A stretch of 64,000 nt of DNA from Felis catus (Eukaryota), in assembly GCF_018350175.1 (NCBI RefSeq), contig NC_058373.1, forward strand, positions 43,834,001 through 43,898,000, written 5' to 3'. How positions within the stretch are numbered: position 1 is the stretch's first letter; every line of letters begins with the position of its first letter. Made by a program: the position numbers and the translations under genes. The notes under the pieces are model-generated. The model saw only the letters and a list, made by a program, of their open reading frames with translations. It had not been told where the DNA came from and did not search any database. Shown piece after piece: positions 22,651-34,146 of the stretch.

Positions 22651-23721
22651 TCTTGCAGCCTTTACACAAGACCATACCTGCCACTCAAAACCGTTCTTGA
22701 ATGTTAAACAAAGGAAGACTGGGGCACAAACCTGGGAGACTGTGCATCAGCTGGGCTAGACAGCTAAGGTAGACAGAGGGAGGAGACTTTAAATGCTGCT
22801 AATCAAAGCTCCAGAAGGCCTTCTCTAAGCCCCTGGGATTATTGCTGCTAAGGTTGAATTGCAAGGGTCTTCAGAGAAGCGTGTGCTCTATGCTCTATCA
22901 GTGAAATCAGTGCTGCCTGGGTACTTCCTCCGGGGCCAACAGTTTGTAGGTATGTGCCCTCCCTTGGGTGGTATCCAGGCTGTAGTCAGACTGCTTATTG
23001 GTAAAGAAGTGACAATGCTTGTGATCTGGAATGCAGCTTAGGGAACACTTATTGGTGGTGCTTCTGGGCCACACTAAGGAGAACAGGCTGCAGAAATGAG
23101 TAAAGACTAATCTCTCCCCTGTGGGACTCCAAAACCAGAGGAATACCAGGGACCAGTGATGTGGACTGGAGAGAGTTCCGTCTCCAGGCTTAGAAAGATC
23201 TGTATTCATTTTCTGGCATGGCCACTTGCTAGCTGGGTGCCCTTGGGTATCATACACAGTCTTTCTGATCCTCTCCTCCTTAATTGTAAAGTCACATTTG
23301 TCATGGCCAATTCCCTTGTCAGAACTGAAATGAGAGATTGAAGTACTTGGCCTGGTACCTGGCTCAGAGCAGGTACCAAAGAAACCTTAGTTCCCTTCTC
23401 TCTCCACCATTGCTGCTTCTTCATGGATGGCCCACCAGCCCCCAGAGTCCCCTGACATTTCTGGGGTCAGCCAGAAGGTGGATTATCACTTTAGAATGCC
23501 TGAGATGTTGAGTCTTTACTTATTTTTTTTAAATGATGGAATCCCCAGGCCTGGGTTCCCATGGATTTACCTTATTTTCTACTTGTTAATCACGTTCATG
23601 GATTGCTTCCTGGACGAGTGAGGTGTTCCATGGAAAATTCATTTCAGGAAATTTGTGTTTTAGAGCACAGGAGTATAAAATGACATATTTTCTGGTGAAA
23701 GAAGCCAGCCAGACCCTGAAA

Positions 23722-23820
23722 TATTCATTCACGTCACAAGTATTTACTAAGTGCTTACTGTGTTCTGAGTGCCGTGTTAAGCATTGGGGATACAACAGTG
23801 GACACGCTCAACAAAATTGT
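23722..23820 (-). mobile_element. L2 3' end
   Basis: 'tattcattcac...aagtatttactaagtgcttactgtgttctgagtgccgtgttaagcattggggatacaacagtg'. Confidence 0.8.
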
Positions 23821-24229
23821 GCAAGCTTTTTCATAAACCACAAGTTGAAAGCACACATTTGTGTTCCTTGTTGTGGATCCAGTTCTGAGGGTAGATGTTT
23901 GTGAGAAGGAGGGGTTGCTTAGCCTCAGAAAGCATGGCTGTGAAGTTACATATGAATTTCTTCTTTTTTGCTGGGAGCTACCTTCCCCCAGCCTTCTCCA
24001 CGGGCACATACTTGGAAAAGCCCCTTCCCCATAGCCTCCAGCCCTTTCTCTTGGAATCCAACATTGCAGTTTACATTTGGTGCTTCTTGAGCCCAAAACA
24101 ATTTCTTAATTCAACAGATTGTCACAAATCACTCCCTGGCCATGTAGAGTCTGGCAAATTAGCACAGCTGCCTGCAGAAGAAGTATTTGTTCTGCGCATG
24201 AACCCCTCTTTATCTTCATGGTCCTTTCC

Positions 24230-24480
24230 TCGTTGATTGAGCACAGATCATCTCTTGGGCGTCCTCTCTGTGCCAGATGGGGTTTTAGACGTCAGGGTTA
24301 CAAAGAAGAATGCAACACGGTCCCCTTCCTACAAGACTTGCAGTGTGGAAGGGATACAGACATAAAACAGAAAGACCCGGTCCTCCAGACTAAGTTCCAT
24401 AGGACGGAATGCCACAGAACAAAGGAGTGGTCAGTTTGTTTGGGTTTGGAGAGCTCTGACATGGAAGGGCAGACAAAAGG
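24230..24480 (-). mobile_element. L2 3' fragment
   Basis: 'ctctctgtgccagatggggttttagacgtcagggttacaaagaagaatgcaacacggtccccttcctacaagacttgcagtgtgg'. Confidence 0.6.
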
Positions 24481-24758
24481 AGGAAAGGGGGGTCTCAAAA
24501 GAGAGAACAGCACGTGTAATGGCGTATACATAATTTCTTCAGACTCTTTAATAGACTCTAACCACAATTGTTACTTTGACCCTAAACAGTAAATCCATAG
24601 TGTTTAAGTGTGTTCTACACTCAACCAAATATTTGTTCATACCCTTCTTTACCCGTGTCTGCTACTAACAAATGCCAGCAATGCACAGCAGAGTCTTTGT
24701 TCTAACGTTTGCTTTAAATAAAATAGGGCTGCCTTTCTGTCTTCCACTTGACTCACAG

Positions 24759-24782
24759 TGAAACAGAAAGCCCTAGAATGAG
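24759..24782 (+). other. Candidate 24-nt microexon
   Basis: Acceptor 'ctttctgtcttccacttgactcacAG', exon TGAAACAGAAAGCCCTAGAATGAG, donor GTAAGT. Splice signals only; no transcript evidence. Confidence 0.3.
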
Positions 24783-25314
24783 GTAAGTCGTTTGGTGCAC
24801 TGAGATAAGGGACAGAGTAGCCTGTCACATGGCAGTCAGTGGGTGTGGGAGGGGTGTTGTGCTGACAGTCGCTAAGAAGTGCAAAAACATTAAGGGGGCT
24901 TGGCCAACCCAAATGGAATGCCAAGTTGTTAGCCAATTTCCTTCATGCTTTCCGTGGAGAGGTGGGTGTAGGAGGCTGATCATAGCCTGGTTTCCTGGTT
25001 CTGGAAACTGGAGGTGTGTCCAGGAGTCCTCTGTAACTTTCCAAGTAGTGGTCATGAAGGCTGTGGAAGTGACCATGGACCTTGCTGTCAACACTGGAGT
25101 CTGAGTACTGGGTGGCTGGGCTCTTAACTCACCCCCACATCCCAGCATGCAGCCACTTAGAAGCCAGGAAAAGGAGGCAGATCTTCCAAAGCCTGGCTGC
25201 CCTTATGCAGTATTGTAGTGGAACCTAATCCAAGCAGATATTGATAAGAAGAAATCCTATAAAGTGCTGTTATGAGCAAACATTACCTTTTCAGAGTATT
25301 ATTTCTTCAAATAT

Positions 25315-25450
25315 AACTTCTAAAACTAAATTGTATGATGGTTATACTATGCTATGAATTTACTAAAAATCATTAAGTTGTGTACTTAAAGTGAGTGGAT
25401 TTTATGGCGTGTAAATTTTATCTTAATAAAGCTGCTTTCAAACTTTTTAA
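25315..25450 (+). mobile_element. L1M (L1MB/MC-like) 3' terminus
   Basis: 'gatggttatactatgctatgaatttactaaaaatcattaagttgtgtacttaaa...gattttatggcgtgtaaattttatcttaataaagctg'. Confidence 0.85.
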
Positions 25451-26274
25451 AATCAGATCCATTAAAGGGTCCTCAGAGCACTTCTCTAGAGCATAGAACA
25501 CTTAACAGGCATTTCCTGAAGCAAAAGAGTACAGTCACAGGACTGTGGTCAGGGCTCCTGGCATACCTCTTCTGCCCCTTTCCCACCTCTGTGGCCTTCC
25601 CAGCATTGGTTTCCTGAGACCCTCCTCTCTTTTTCCCCCAAAGAATTGCTTAGTATTTTACCTATTCGCTAGTGAATGAATCCATTGCCCTGAATTGATT
25701 CTTTAATATTTTGGCCCTTGCAACTTGTCTCTCATTGTCGAATGATTATTTTTAAATCCCCACTCAGGGGATTTCAAACCTTACAGGAAGGGTAGAATAG
25801 AATTGAAGAAGGGATGCCTTCCCTTGAGAATCTGGAAATCACAACAGGAAGGCAGCCATCAGCATTTTGTCTACAAATGAAATCAACCAACCAAGTCTGA
25901 CCACAGATTGAGTTGGTCCGATGTTGTTGGACCTGGCCACGTAAATGGCTTTGGGAGCAGAAGGTATGCTACAAGGCTGGCCCGGCCATTCCATATTTCT
26001 GTCCATCGGTGAATAGGACACAGCCAGGTGCTTCCACAGCCCCCTGTGGTCATAAAGACAGCCTGAGACTTAGAGATGATTTATGTCCATGGAGAAGAGC
26101 ATGGCCCCCTAACATTGACGTGATGGGCAGGGTAGGAATAAATTTAGTCACTTATTATAGGGTCACTCTTGTCAACCTTGTAAAGCACCTTGCATTCACC
26201 AAGAAGAAAGCACTGTGACTCCATGGAGAATTGGATGTGGAAAACCATTCTAGGCTTGTCCCTTCTCTGTTGCT

Positions 26275-26385
26275 GTCTAGCTGTATGAATGTAGATGATC
26301 CACTTAACCAGTGCTCTGAACCTCCTTCCGCTCATCTCTAAAATGGGACTGTCATCCCCAGCCACACAGGGTTGGTTTGAGGCAG
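26275..26385 (+). mobile_element. MIR fragment
   Basis: 'ctagctgtatgaatgtagatgatccacttaacc...ctcatctctaaaatgggactg'. Confidence 0.65.
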
Positions 26386-27081
26386 GTGATACTCCTCTGC
26401 TCACGGATACTACAGCTAGTAATTCAGATTGACTGAAGGAAGGGTTTTTTACAAGCTGAAGTACTCTACAAACGAGAGTATTATTATTCACTCGACCTTC
26501 CCAGTAAGTTTCAAGAAAAAGATAATGCAGATGGTTATTATCTGTCTACTCAATGGCATAGAAAGGCACACTGGTAGCTAAGTGATCTGCCTGCCCAGGA
26601 TTAATATTTGCATCTCCTGATAGAAACATGTGGCTCTGTGGGAGGCAACGTTTTCAAGTTCAGGGTTAGTTTCTACTGTGGTTCAGGAAATCTAGACAGG
26701 GAACGTCGACACTGACATTTCAGAACCCTTCCAATTAGTCTCAAGAGTTCAAATATCTCTCTGTTCAATACAACCCAGAGTGTAATCGTTTGTTGGTAAT
26801 AACCTAGCCCTTGTTTAGCTTCATAGATCTGACTCTGAACCCGGACATCCCATGGACAAAAACACCACTTGCTTTTTATTGGCATGTTGGGTGGAATGGC
26901 TCCACACAGCTAGGAAACAATTTTATTTTTCCCCTTTGCAACTCAATTATAAGGCTGAAGGGCACATATAGATTTTTCTGCAGGAAGCAAAGGGCTTTCA
27001 GGCTTACTTTATTGGCAGATTTCTGCATCACCTCCACGGTGAAGGGTTAGATGCTTTTAAGGGACAGAAATGCCCAGACTG

Positions 27082-27108
27082 AAAAAAAAAAAAAAAAAAA
27101 AAAAAAAA
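27082..27108 (+). repeat. A27 homopolymer (no SINE/LINE body or TSD seen)
   Basis: Read directly. Confidence 0.95.
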
Positions 27109-27249
27109 GGAAAAAATAATAATACATTCCAGATGGCCTTGTAAAAATGAAGGAGGTGTTCTAAATCTGAGCCTTTCACTCCTGCCCCACCAGAGGCCGT
27201 TCTCTTCCCAGAGGCTCCATGAATCAAACAAGAAACAAAACAAGGGCCC

Positions 27250-27380
27250 TGGGCGGTGGTAAGAACTCTGAATTTGAAGCCGGATGCCCAGGCTGGGGCT
27301 CTGTCCCCAACTCTGACACATGCAGAGTCGGGGCCCTGCTTAGCCTCTATTCCTCAGTTTCTTCATGTGTAAAGTGAAGG
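27250..27380 (+). mobile_element. MIR SINE 5' part
   Basis: 'gtggtaagaactctgaatttgaagcc...cttagcctctattcctcagtttcttcatgtgtaaagtg'. Confidence 0.7.
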
Positions 27381-29129
27381 TCGTGGACAGATTGCTTTGT
27401 AAATGCCCCCTTTATTGATGTTCTGTGTCTCTGTTTCTTCATATTTTCTCACAGGACATCTTTCTCCATTTATCGGTGCATGTTGCGATTAAATATTGTG
27501 GGAAGGCTCAATGTGAGAGATGGAAAGGCAGGAATAAACTGTGATCCTGGGTTTTCTGCTAACTTTGGCTTTTCCTCTTGGCCCACTTAGGTGTTAAGGA
27601 GCCTGTCTCTGAAACATCAACACCTTGCCTTGGCAAGATACTCTCTGCTCTTTTGTTCAAATCCCAGAAATTCCCTGATGGCTCAGAATAGCTCAACTGG
27701 GAGTCTTGTGCCCAAGGCTGGCAGATGTGTCCAGCATAACATCTGGAATAGAACCCAAAGCAGCTAGAATATTGGGAGCCCGTGTCCTTGCAGTGTGAAT
27801 ATTTGCAGTCGTTTTTCTAGTCCAGTAAAGCTGTCGAGGGCTCACATGGCTTCTTGGGACACGTTTCAACTTGCACTGACACGAGTGGCATGAGCAGACC
27901 CGTCCACCTCCCAGCACCCTGAAGTAACAGTGGCAAGGAGGTTCACCCACTGAGGGCAACACAGATTGGGCAGTATAGTGGGCCGTACTCATGAAAGAAT
28001 CCCTGAGTCTGAGGGGACATCCTTTCTCTCCAGCCCTGGGTTGTTGGTCTACGGTAACCTGCGAGCTCTCAGTAAAAAATAAAATCAAAGTAAAGGAAAA
28101 TAATTCTCATCTTTAGTACACCAGGCAGCAAGCAGGGTGTAATCGCACCAGTGCTGTGGTACCTGGCACAATATTCCGTTGGCAAAAACCACACTGTCTT
28201 ACATGCATAATAAGCTCAATATTCAGCCTGCGTTACTGAGGCCCTGGTGAGGAGAGGGTCGGAGGGGGAAACAAGATGGGAGAGAGAATAGAAATGAATA
28301 TTGAATCCAAAGTATTATTGTTAGAATCTCTGGAGAAAATGGCTCCCGGACATACAGGATTTTCAATGCAGTTTAAAAAAAGGAATGATTCTTCTGGTTT
28401 TTCCATTTATTGTAGCTTCCCAGAGCTTATTTTTAGTAGCACTAATAGTGCCTCCTACCCCTGTACTCATTTTCTACAGATTTAAAAATTTTGTATTATC
28501 CTGTCCCTCCAGAGGTGCCTTCTATTTCTACAACATTAGTACCATGAAGGGGGGGGGGGGTGCGGAAATAGGGCATTTCTGAGAGAAAAGCGTCTTGGAT
28601 ATTTGCATTCCAATTTGATTAGTATTTTTGCTTCTCCTGGTTCATTCTGAATCAAGGGAAAACATATTTAAATGGAAATAGATTGATGCCAAGGATCTCT
28701 GGACCCTAAAGGTCCCCCTAGCCCCTCTCACTGCCCCCCCCACACACACACACACACAAACACAACATGGTCAGGTCAGGCACGGGTGTCCCCTCGGAGC
28801 TGGGCTGATAAAGGCCTTGACACAGGGGCCTCACCAAAATGGATCAACTATAAACTCAACTACAGCAGGCATCCCTGCCCAGGCTGAGCTACGAGCAGGA
28901 GAAACCACATGAGCATGTGGCCTGTGTGTTTCTTGGTGGAGGTGGGGAGTTCTGAGCAATCAGACCCCATGCACAGTCTCCGAGGCCAGAATGAGGGAGT
29001 CTATGAATGAGGAAGTCCAGAAACTGCCCTCGTAGAAGCACCCTCTGGCTTGATCATGCACCTGGGAACAAAAATATGACCGCGGAGTCTGCTGCTAAAC
29101 AGTGACAATACTGGAGTTCTTTATAATTC

Positions 29130-29239
29130 TTTTTTTTTTTTTCATTTTAAGTAGGCTTCCACACCCAATGTGGGACTCAAACTCACTACCCCGAGATCAA
29201 GAGTTGCATGCCCTACTGACTGAGCCAGCCCGGTGCCCC
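29130..29239 (-). mobile_element. Short Can-SINE (SINEC_c-like, tRNA part plus A tail)
   Basis: Reverse complement 'ggggcaccgggctggctcagtcagtagggcatgcaactcttgatctcggggtagtgagtttgagtcccacattgggtgtggaagcctacttaaaatg'; 16-bp TSD acaatactggagttct / acagtacttgagttct (29105-29120, 29240-29255; 2 mismatches). Confidence 0.92.
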
Positions 29240-29750
29240 ACAGTACTTGAGTTCTGACTGGAGTTTCAGACCTCAGTGACTTTGCACACACCTCTTCATA
29301 AACTGGGCCGCTTTGCCAAATTACACATGGGAACTGGATGGAGTGTAGCATATGCTATCTTTACCTGTTGGCTCCTGGGGTGGCTGATTGTTCCTGAAAG
29401 AAAGCTATATATGGGCATTCTCAGCTCATCGCTGCTTTTATAAAGTGATGGCTGTGTGACAACATGATTATCTGGGTTCTAACAGGGACATTACAGGCCA
29501 AGTGTAAGAAAGTAATGCTGTGTTAGATTTCTACATACAGTCTCTTGTAGCTTAAAGAATTCACAACTAGCCTAAAAATGTTAGATCTGAAATGGACTTA
29601 AGAGATACTTTATCTCACTCATTGTTATGTAGTTGAGGTCCCTGAGTCCACAGAGGGGATGTCGCTGGCTGAACATCACCCAGCAGGTGTCTTGTACAGG
29701 TTCATGGACTATGTCTCTGGACCCTTCTATTGCTCCTCCCAGTGCTCCTT

Positions 29751-29795
29751 GAAGAAGACAGACGACAAAAAAAAAAAAAAAAGGAAGAAGACAGA
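29751..29795 (+). mobile_element. Poly(A)-only retroposition-like footprint: CGAC-A16-G between 12-bp direct repeats
   Basis: GAAGAAGACAGA at 29751-29762 and 29784-29795; left copy preceded by TT. Confidence 0.6.
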
Positions 29796-29999
29796 GTGGC
29801 ATTATGTACATGTAGGGAGTAAGGAGTAGAGATGCCAGTAACACCTCCCTGTGACTGCCTCTTATAGCCTCTTCCCAACTCTTATGTGCTGGGCAGCCCT
29901 AAGGAAGTTGCTCTCCCTCTCTGTACCTTGTTTACCATTTGTGTAAAACACAGATGAAGCTGATGCTGATGGTTGATGTTACTTCCCTCCCAAAGTGCT

Positions 30000-30235
30000 A
30001 AGTGGTCCAGAATGAGCTTTAGAGTCAGACAAATGGGTTCAAATCCGGATGCTCCTTCATTTAGCACTTGGAGCACTTGGGTCACTTACTCTCTCTGAGC
30101 CTCTGTTTCCTTATTTTTAAAATAGGGGTAATAATACCTAACTCACAAAGTTATTGTAAAGACTAAATGATAAAATATATACGTAAAACTCTTCAGCCCA
30201 CGTGCTCAATAAATGGCCACTGCTATTACTGTAAT
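30000..30235 (+). mobile_element. MIR (MIRb-like), near full length
   Basis: 'ctttagagtcagacaaatgggttcaaatccgg...ctctctgagcctctgtttccttatttttaaaataggggtaataatacc...gtgctcaataaatgg'. Confidence 0.9.
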
Positions 30236-30981
30236 TGCCAACTATAATAATGAGTTAGAAAAAAATGGAGGTAAAAGTCCTAACACAAATCCTAATGATT
30301 GTGTGATAAAAATATTAGTTATTATTAACTAAAACGGCCATAGTATTCATCCCAACCTGTTGTTAAGATTCCTACGTATCTAGCAGCTGGATCAGCCCAG
30401 AACTGGGTACTACTAGATTTGTTTGCTAAGTCAGCTTAAATCACTCGTTTGCCTCTGATACAGTCTGGCTATTTCTGACGTGGCCAGAGAGACTGCAGAG
30501 GGCATTAAGCCCCAGAAGAGGAACTACAAACAAGATTTCAGAGAGGGAGAGATTTCCTATAATTGCTAGGACCACCTCCCCGCCCGTTTGATTTCCCGTG
30601 CAGACGAGTGTGTTGAAAAGATTGATGTGGGTGTGACCTCCAGACCCTGTTTGGAAATTATAAATACAAATGGTGCTTTAATGGTACATGTGGCAGTTGG
30701 GGGGTTGTGTTAATTACATTTGAATAGAGACATGGTGATAACTCACTAGCTCTGCCCCTGGTAGTTAATTTTGTTACATCCAGGGGAAAATTCTGTTGGG
30801 GTCTATGAGTAGCTGTGGTGCAATTAGACGGCAAGAGGGTTTTTGTCGGTACGGTTGCTATTGATTAGTATTTACTTTAAAAAGAGTAAAAGCTATTCCC
30901 TCGTGCTCGAGCTGCCTAATCTGTCAGGGACGCGGCTACATGTTTTGGAGATGCATAGCAGGCTTTTTCGTATATTCTGAA

Positions 30982-30998
30982 CCCCCCCCCCCCCCCCC
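30982..30998 (+). repeat. C17 homopolymer
   Basis: Read directly. Confidence 0.95.
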
Positions 30999-31320
30999 GC
31001 CGCCAGAGAGAGTCCAGTATAAAAATCTCCCCAACTGGTTTTAATGATGCTCAAATAAAAGGCATATACCACAGCCAAGATCTCATTAAAAGAGGGAAGT
31101 CTTTTTGTAGATTTGCTTATTTATTTATGAAACGCCTCTGAAATATTTATAAATGCTTCCCTGATATTTGTCTGAAAATACATTTTAGGGCTTCTTTGGT
31201 GGAAGGCAGGGGAGGGGGAGACTGGAGGAGAGGATGCCGGTGGAAGAAAAAGAGGTGAATTTGGCACAGTTTCTTCCCCTTGCAGTGAAGTGGGCTGTGC
31301 CAGGGTATTATCCGCATGTG

Positions 31321-31335
31321 TCACTAGGGGGTGCC
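31321..31335 (+). promoter_or_regulatory. Candidate CTCF motif
   Basis: TCACTAGGGGGTGCC matches CCASYAGRKGGCRS at 12/14. Confidence 0.35.
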
Positions 31336-32250
31336 CCAGGAACCGGGCAGACTCTAACCTGCTCCGTACAGGTGACCCAACTTGCTTACATCCCTTAAAC
31401 AGAAGCAGTAGCAATCACTAGTGCTCTGTTTAATTTTCCTGACAGAACCAGGGCAGATACAGACACTCTTGAGGCCTTTATCACTTCCTTCACTTTTAGA
31501 GCTATTTATTAATTGAAATAATAGTTATGCTACTGCTTGCCTCAGACCTACTTTCATCTGTTTAGCAACTGCTTTCTACGAAACACAAAAGAGCTGAGCA
31601 ATGACACTGGTGTCTTAATTAACCATTGAATACCTTATAGAGCACTTGTCACTTAAAAGAAAGCATAGTGGTCCCTGTTTTTAAACAAAACAAAACCCCA
31701 AAAAACAGATACACAGAAAAAAAAAAAGTTGATCTAACGAGCTGTCTTGGATGTGTCTTTAGAATTCTATTTTTTTATCATGGTGCTTTGCACTCACATA
31801 CCTATGCAAAGTAAGGAATCTCAGGCTTATCTGGAGCAAACCAGTGAATTTACTTTTCTCCTCAACTTTCAGAGAACCTGGTTGCACAGTGGCTCAGAGA
31901 AGTGGCCCAAGATCAGAGAGGATAACACAGCTAAGACTGCTTATTAGTTAAAAGAAGAGTAGGGGCTGATTTAAGCTTACGTAACCAAAATGTTTCCAAG
32001 CCTTTCCAGCCCGTGGGTATAAGTAAGTCTCATTAATATTAAGACCAGAGCCTCGAGCCCTTACCTATTAATGTAGGTAACACAGCCCCTTATAAAGCTC
32101 ATTCCAAACTCAGTGTCACTTTGAGTTGCCAAGGTAGAGTTTTGTATCTGTTTAGGAATTAGTCTGGGCTTTTACTCACCGCTGGATTCTGCTTGCTATT
32201 CCGAGTTCCACTGGGGCCATCAATATTGGCCCCAAAGCATGCCACGCTTA

Positions 32251-32297
<47 letters not shown>
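32251..32297 (+). repeat. (TAT)15 microsatellite
   Basis: Perfect run read directly. Confidence 0.97.
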
Positions 32298-32300
<3 letters not shown>

Positions 32301-33202
32301 GTTAGTTATGGACTTCTGCCTCTTCTCATGATTGATTTCTGGCTCTAGCCACCAACCCTCTCATATCTTTCATTACCAGGACAGAGCAGTAGCCTATGTT
32401 GAAGTGAGGAAAAGTGTTTTCTGTCTCTGGACTCATTTAGGAAGGTTTCACCTTAGTAAAGTAGTTAGAACCTGAAAGTACTCCAGAATTTGATGAGGGA
32501 GGCTTTTCAGTTTATATGTACAGCCCTTTCTCCCTGAGGTGTATATAGCCCCTGGAAGATGAGGACTGGATGCGTTGAAACTCCAGCTAGCATAATGGAA
32601 GAGAACATCCAGCCTATCTGAACATCTTCCCCCCGGACTCTCAGCCTTGTGGCTCGGTCTGATTGGCCCTGCTCAATTCTCCCATGGTGATGCTTCATTT
32701 TCATCCCGAAGAAGGTTCTCAGCCCCCATGCAAATAAATATTTAAAGAAAAGACTCCTCTTACTCCACATACTATGTTTCTGAAGCTCTGTTCTCTCCCA
32801 GTGAGGACCTCCAAATCCTAAACATCAACCTAGTAAGAGAGAAGGCCTTCAGTAACAGCCGGGATAAATCTGGGGAAGGATCAATGTGGCAATGGCATGA
32901 TGGTTACCTTGTTTCAGCTCTCTTTCTATGGTTATGTGGTATTTGAAACATTACAAAGAACGGATGCCTTGTAAGGACTGTGCAACCCCTCAGGGCAAAA
33001 CAAATGCTGCACCGAACATTGAGCTTAAGGTTCAGAATTAGTAGACACTCAATATAAATAGTAGGGAAATCATAGCAGCCCAAGGATTGTTGTTATTGAC
33101 CTTTCATTTTTCAAAGCAAACAAGATACTTTATATATCACTATATAAGAATGCAAAATGTATCCCTGCAGGCTTAACAAATCAATGGGACAGCAAAGCGT
33201 TT

Positions 33203-33409
33203 TTAAAAATTAAAAAAATTTTTTTTTAAGTTTATCTATTTATTTTTGAGACAGAGCTGGGGGGAGGAGAGGGGAGAGAATCCCAATCAGGTTCTGCACT
33301 GTCAGTGCAGAGCCCGACAATAGGGCTCGAACCCACGAAACTGTGAAATCATGACCTGAGCCAAAATCAAGAGTTGGAAGCTTAACCGACGGAGACACCC
33401 AGGTGCCCC
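33203..33409 (-). mobile_element. Can-SINE
   Basis: Ends 'cttaaccgacggagacacccaggtgcccc'; 14-bp TSD acagcaaagc(g/a)ttt (33189-33202, 33411-33424). Confidence 0.96.
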
Positions 33410-34101
33410 AACAGCAAAGCATTTCGTAACAGGAGTTTGCCATGGAAATTTTAACATGTTAGAAGATACTCTACTCACTGCTGCCTCATTTAAAATCTCT
33501 GTTATGTGAACTTTTCGACTGGCCTTGTATTTTGCATAATTCTAAATTTAGGGTCCCTGGGAAGGCAGTCCCCTTGTCATAACTACTGTATTGCTATTTA
33601 TTTACTTCTCTGTGTCCTCATCTGTGAACATGTTGGGATAGCATGGTACCTTCTTAGTGGTGAGTCTCTGAATTTGCCACCTCCAGTTGCACAGCACTTG
33701 GAGGAAAGAGTTGATGGAATATATTAGTTTGCCAAATGAACTTCAAAATGAAGCAGAGCTTTGAAAATCAATACCAGATCATGTGCCTGGGGCCTAGAGA
33801 AACCGAGGAGGTCCGAGGCAAATTGCGTGCACAGGACTCTGAGGCTGCTGGTTCCCCCTGGGCAGAATGATTCCAGAAGGCGTTTATGTAAAGTTTCTTG
33901 CCAAATAGGCACATAGGACCCATAAATGTGTCCAGCGGTAGAAACCGTGGACCCCGGTGGTCTCTTTCGAGGGTGCCCTGGGGAAGACCGTGTTACTCGA
34001 TGTCCTCTCAAGTTGCAGTGAGAAGAGACTGGAGCCAGGTTTGCTCACCCTTCCCCAGTGACATTGTCAGTACAGAGTCTACACTGTCTTCTCCTGGGAC
34101 C

Positions 34102-34146
<45 letters not shown>
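34102..34146 (+). repeat. (CTA)15 microsatellite
   Basis: Perfect run read directly. Confidence 0.98.

Noticed and set aside
24119-24592. 157-aa ORF
   Set aside because: Largely overlaps an antisense L2 fragment; no recognisable protein.
26276-26288. 13-nt match to the 3' end of miR-9 (tctagctgtatga)
   Set aside because: Seed region absent; the sequence is the MIR core 'ctagctgtgtga'.
27082-27108. A27 (and T22 at 42137) as possible retroposition scars
   Set aside because: No flanking target-site duplication found, unlike the site at 29751-29795.
32212-32234. Hairpin TGGGGCCA-N7-TGGCCCCA and a nearby minus-strand donor (32180)
   Set aside because: 8-bp stems are expected several times by chance in 64 kb; the putative exon would span a (TAT)15 repeat and has no other support.
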